A DNA stretch of 47,223 nucleotides from Polyangiaceae bacterium. GTDB taxonomy: Bacteria > Myxococcota_A > Polyangia > Polyangiales > Polyangiaceae. Both the position numbers and the translations under genes were made by a program. Under the pieces are notes generated by a model, which was given only the letters and a program-made list of their open reading frames with translations, did not search any database and was not told where the DNA came from. The stretch is from positions 1 to 47,223 of the forward strand of contig JBGANF010000053.1 of the NCBI GenBank assembly GCA_044222475.1. Direction: 5' to 3'. This document shows, one piece after another, positions 46,284 through 47,223 of the stretch (the first letter of the stretch is position 1; every line of letters begins with the position of its first letter).

Positions 46284-47222
46284 CTATTGGCGGGTGAGGT
46301 ACTCGAACGTGGCCGGCGTGGCGTAGTAGAGGCGGTTGCAGGTGGCGTCGACCTGGCCGCCCGAGAGCGTGCCGAGGTTGACGAAGATCGTGAAATCGTC
46401 GCTCTCGGTGAAGCGGAACGCCGCATGCTCGGCGCCGTCGACCTGATCCCAATAGAAGAGCGTGAGGCGGTCGGTGGAGATGCCGGTGGGCTTGCGGAGC
46501 TGGGCGCCGGAGAGCGCCAGCTCGGGCTGCACGATGGGCGTCCCCAGCGTCCACTTCGCCGTCGACTCGCCGCGGCTCGAGGCGCGCATCGAGGTCGTGC
46601 TGTTCGGCATGTAGAGCGTGAAGTAGAGGTGGTTGCCGTCTTTCGCGAGGACCGGATCGTCGAGCTTCGATCCCGGAGGAGACTCGGAGAGCGCGAACCC
46701 GATCGACGAGAACATCGTCGGGTCGGGATCGGCGGTGAACCCGTCGGCCTTGGTCGCGCGGACGATCTCGCCGAAGTTCTTTCCGTTGTCGATGACGACG
46801 ATGGCGCGTAGCCCATCGGCCGAGAGCGCGACCGCGGTGCTCGCGAGCCCGACGACGGTCGCCTTGTTGGCGTTGCCCCACGGGTCACCGCCGGTCTTGC
46901 GGTCGGCCCAGTACAGCTTGTTGCCTTCGATCCACGCGATGGTCGTCTCGTCCGGGGTGATCGAGCCGAAGTCCTGCTGGGCGCTGACGTCGACGAGCTT
47001 CGGTTTGATCCACTTCGCGGTGGGGCTGCACACGCCGACGAACTGAGGCCCGCTGTCCACCGGGGGTGCGGAGTCGGGCGTGCCCGAGTCCGGCTGTACC
47101 TGCGCGTCATCGGTGCCGGTGTCGGGCTTCTCCGTCACGAGCGGCGGCGTGTAGCCGCTGTCGGTGCACGCGAGGAACGCGGCCGCGAGCCCGGCGATCG
47201 GCGCGAGGAGGAGAAGGCTACT
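46284..47222 (-). CDS. Lipoprotein with TolB/PD40-like beta-propeller repeats (start lies beyond the window end)
   Basis: Frame is open to the window edge with 'LLLLAPIAGLAAAFLAC'. Repeats 'SITPDE', 'LSADGL', 'LAKDGN.LYF' and 'ISTDRLTLF'. Confidence 0.7.
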   Translation of the reverse strand, partial: SSLLLLAPIAGLAAAFLACTDSGYTPPLVTEKPDTGTDDAQVQPDSGTPDSAPPVDSGPQFVGVCSPTAKWIKPKLVDVSAQQDFGSITPDETTIAWIEGNKLYWADRKTGGDPWGNANKATVVGLASTAVALSADGLRAIVVIDNGKNFGEIVRATKADGFTADPDPTMFSSIGFALSESPPGSKLDDPVLAKDGNHLYFTLYMPNSTTSMRASSRGESTAKWTLGTPIVQPELALSGAQLRKPTGISTDRLTLFYWDQVDGAEHAAFRFTESDDFTIFVNLGTLSGGQVDATCNRLYYATPATFEYLTRQ

Positions 47223-47223
47223 G

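Overview
High-GC, gene-dense bacterial DNA that looks myxobacterial (Polyangiales-like). The evidence is a MYXO-CTERM-type sorting tail, many Cys-rich lipoproteins with DAG/DSG linkers, and a Ser/Thr kinase-NTPase-TPR protein. It carries about 39 plausible CDSs: a DUF3857/transglutaminase-like pair, a UbiA-family transferase, a CPBP protease, an MFS transporter, an RCC1 lipoprotein, tlyA, three tandem Cys-rich paralogs, a sigma54 two-component system with a BtuF-like protein, a trypsin-like protease, a HlyD/ABC exporter with mqnD, a vWA lipoprotein, an antiporter, FAH-FGE-cinA-thpR, rpe, and a lipoprotein run including phospholipase C and an LNS2/Nir-like HAD protein. The most striking non-coding signal is a ~248-nt intergenic element (36374-36621, +). 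It has tRNA-like ends (7-bp acceptor stem, D-like arm, T-arm, encoded ACCA) wrapped around a large multi-helix insertion, and I cannot match it to tRNA, tmRNA, SRP, RNase P or a group I intron. Immediately after it is a truncated four-helix-bundle gene enclosed by inverted (GTGCCC)n repeats. Several ~9-nt-periodic inverted-repeat (REP/MITE-like) elements lie at gene 3' ends. All protein calls come from motif recognition by eye, not database searches.
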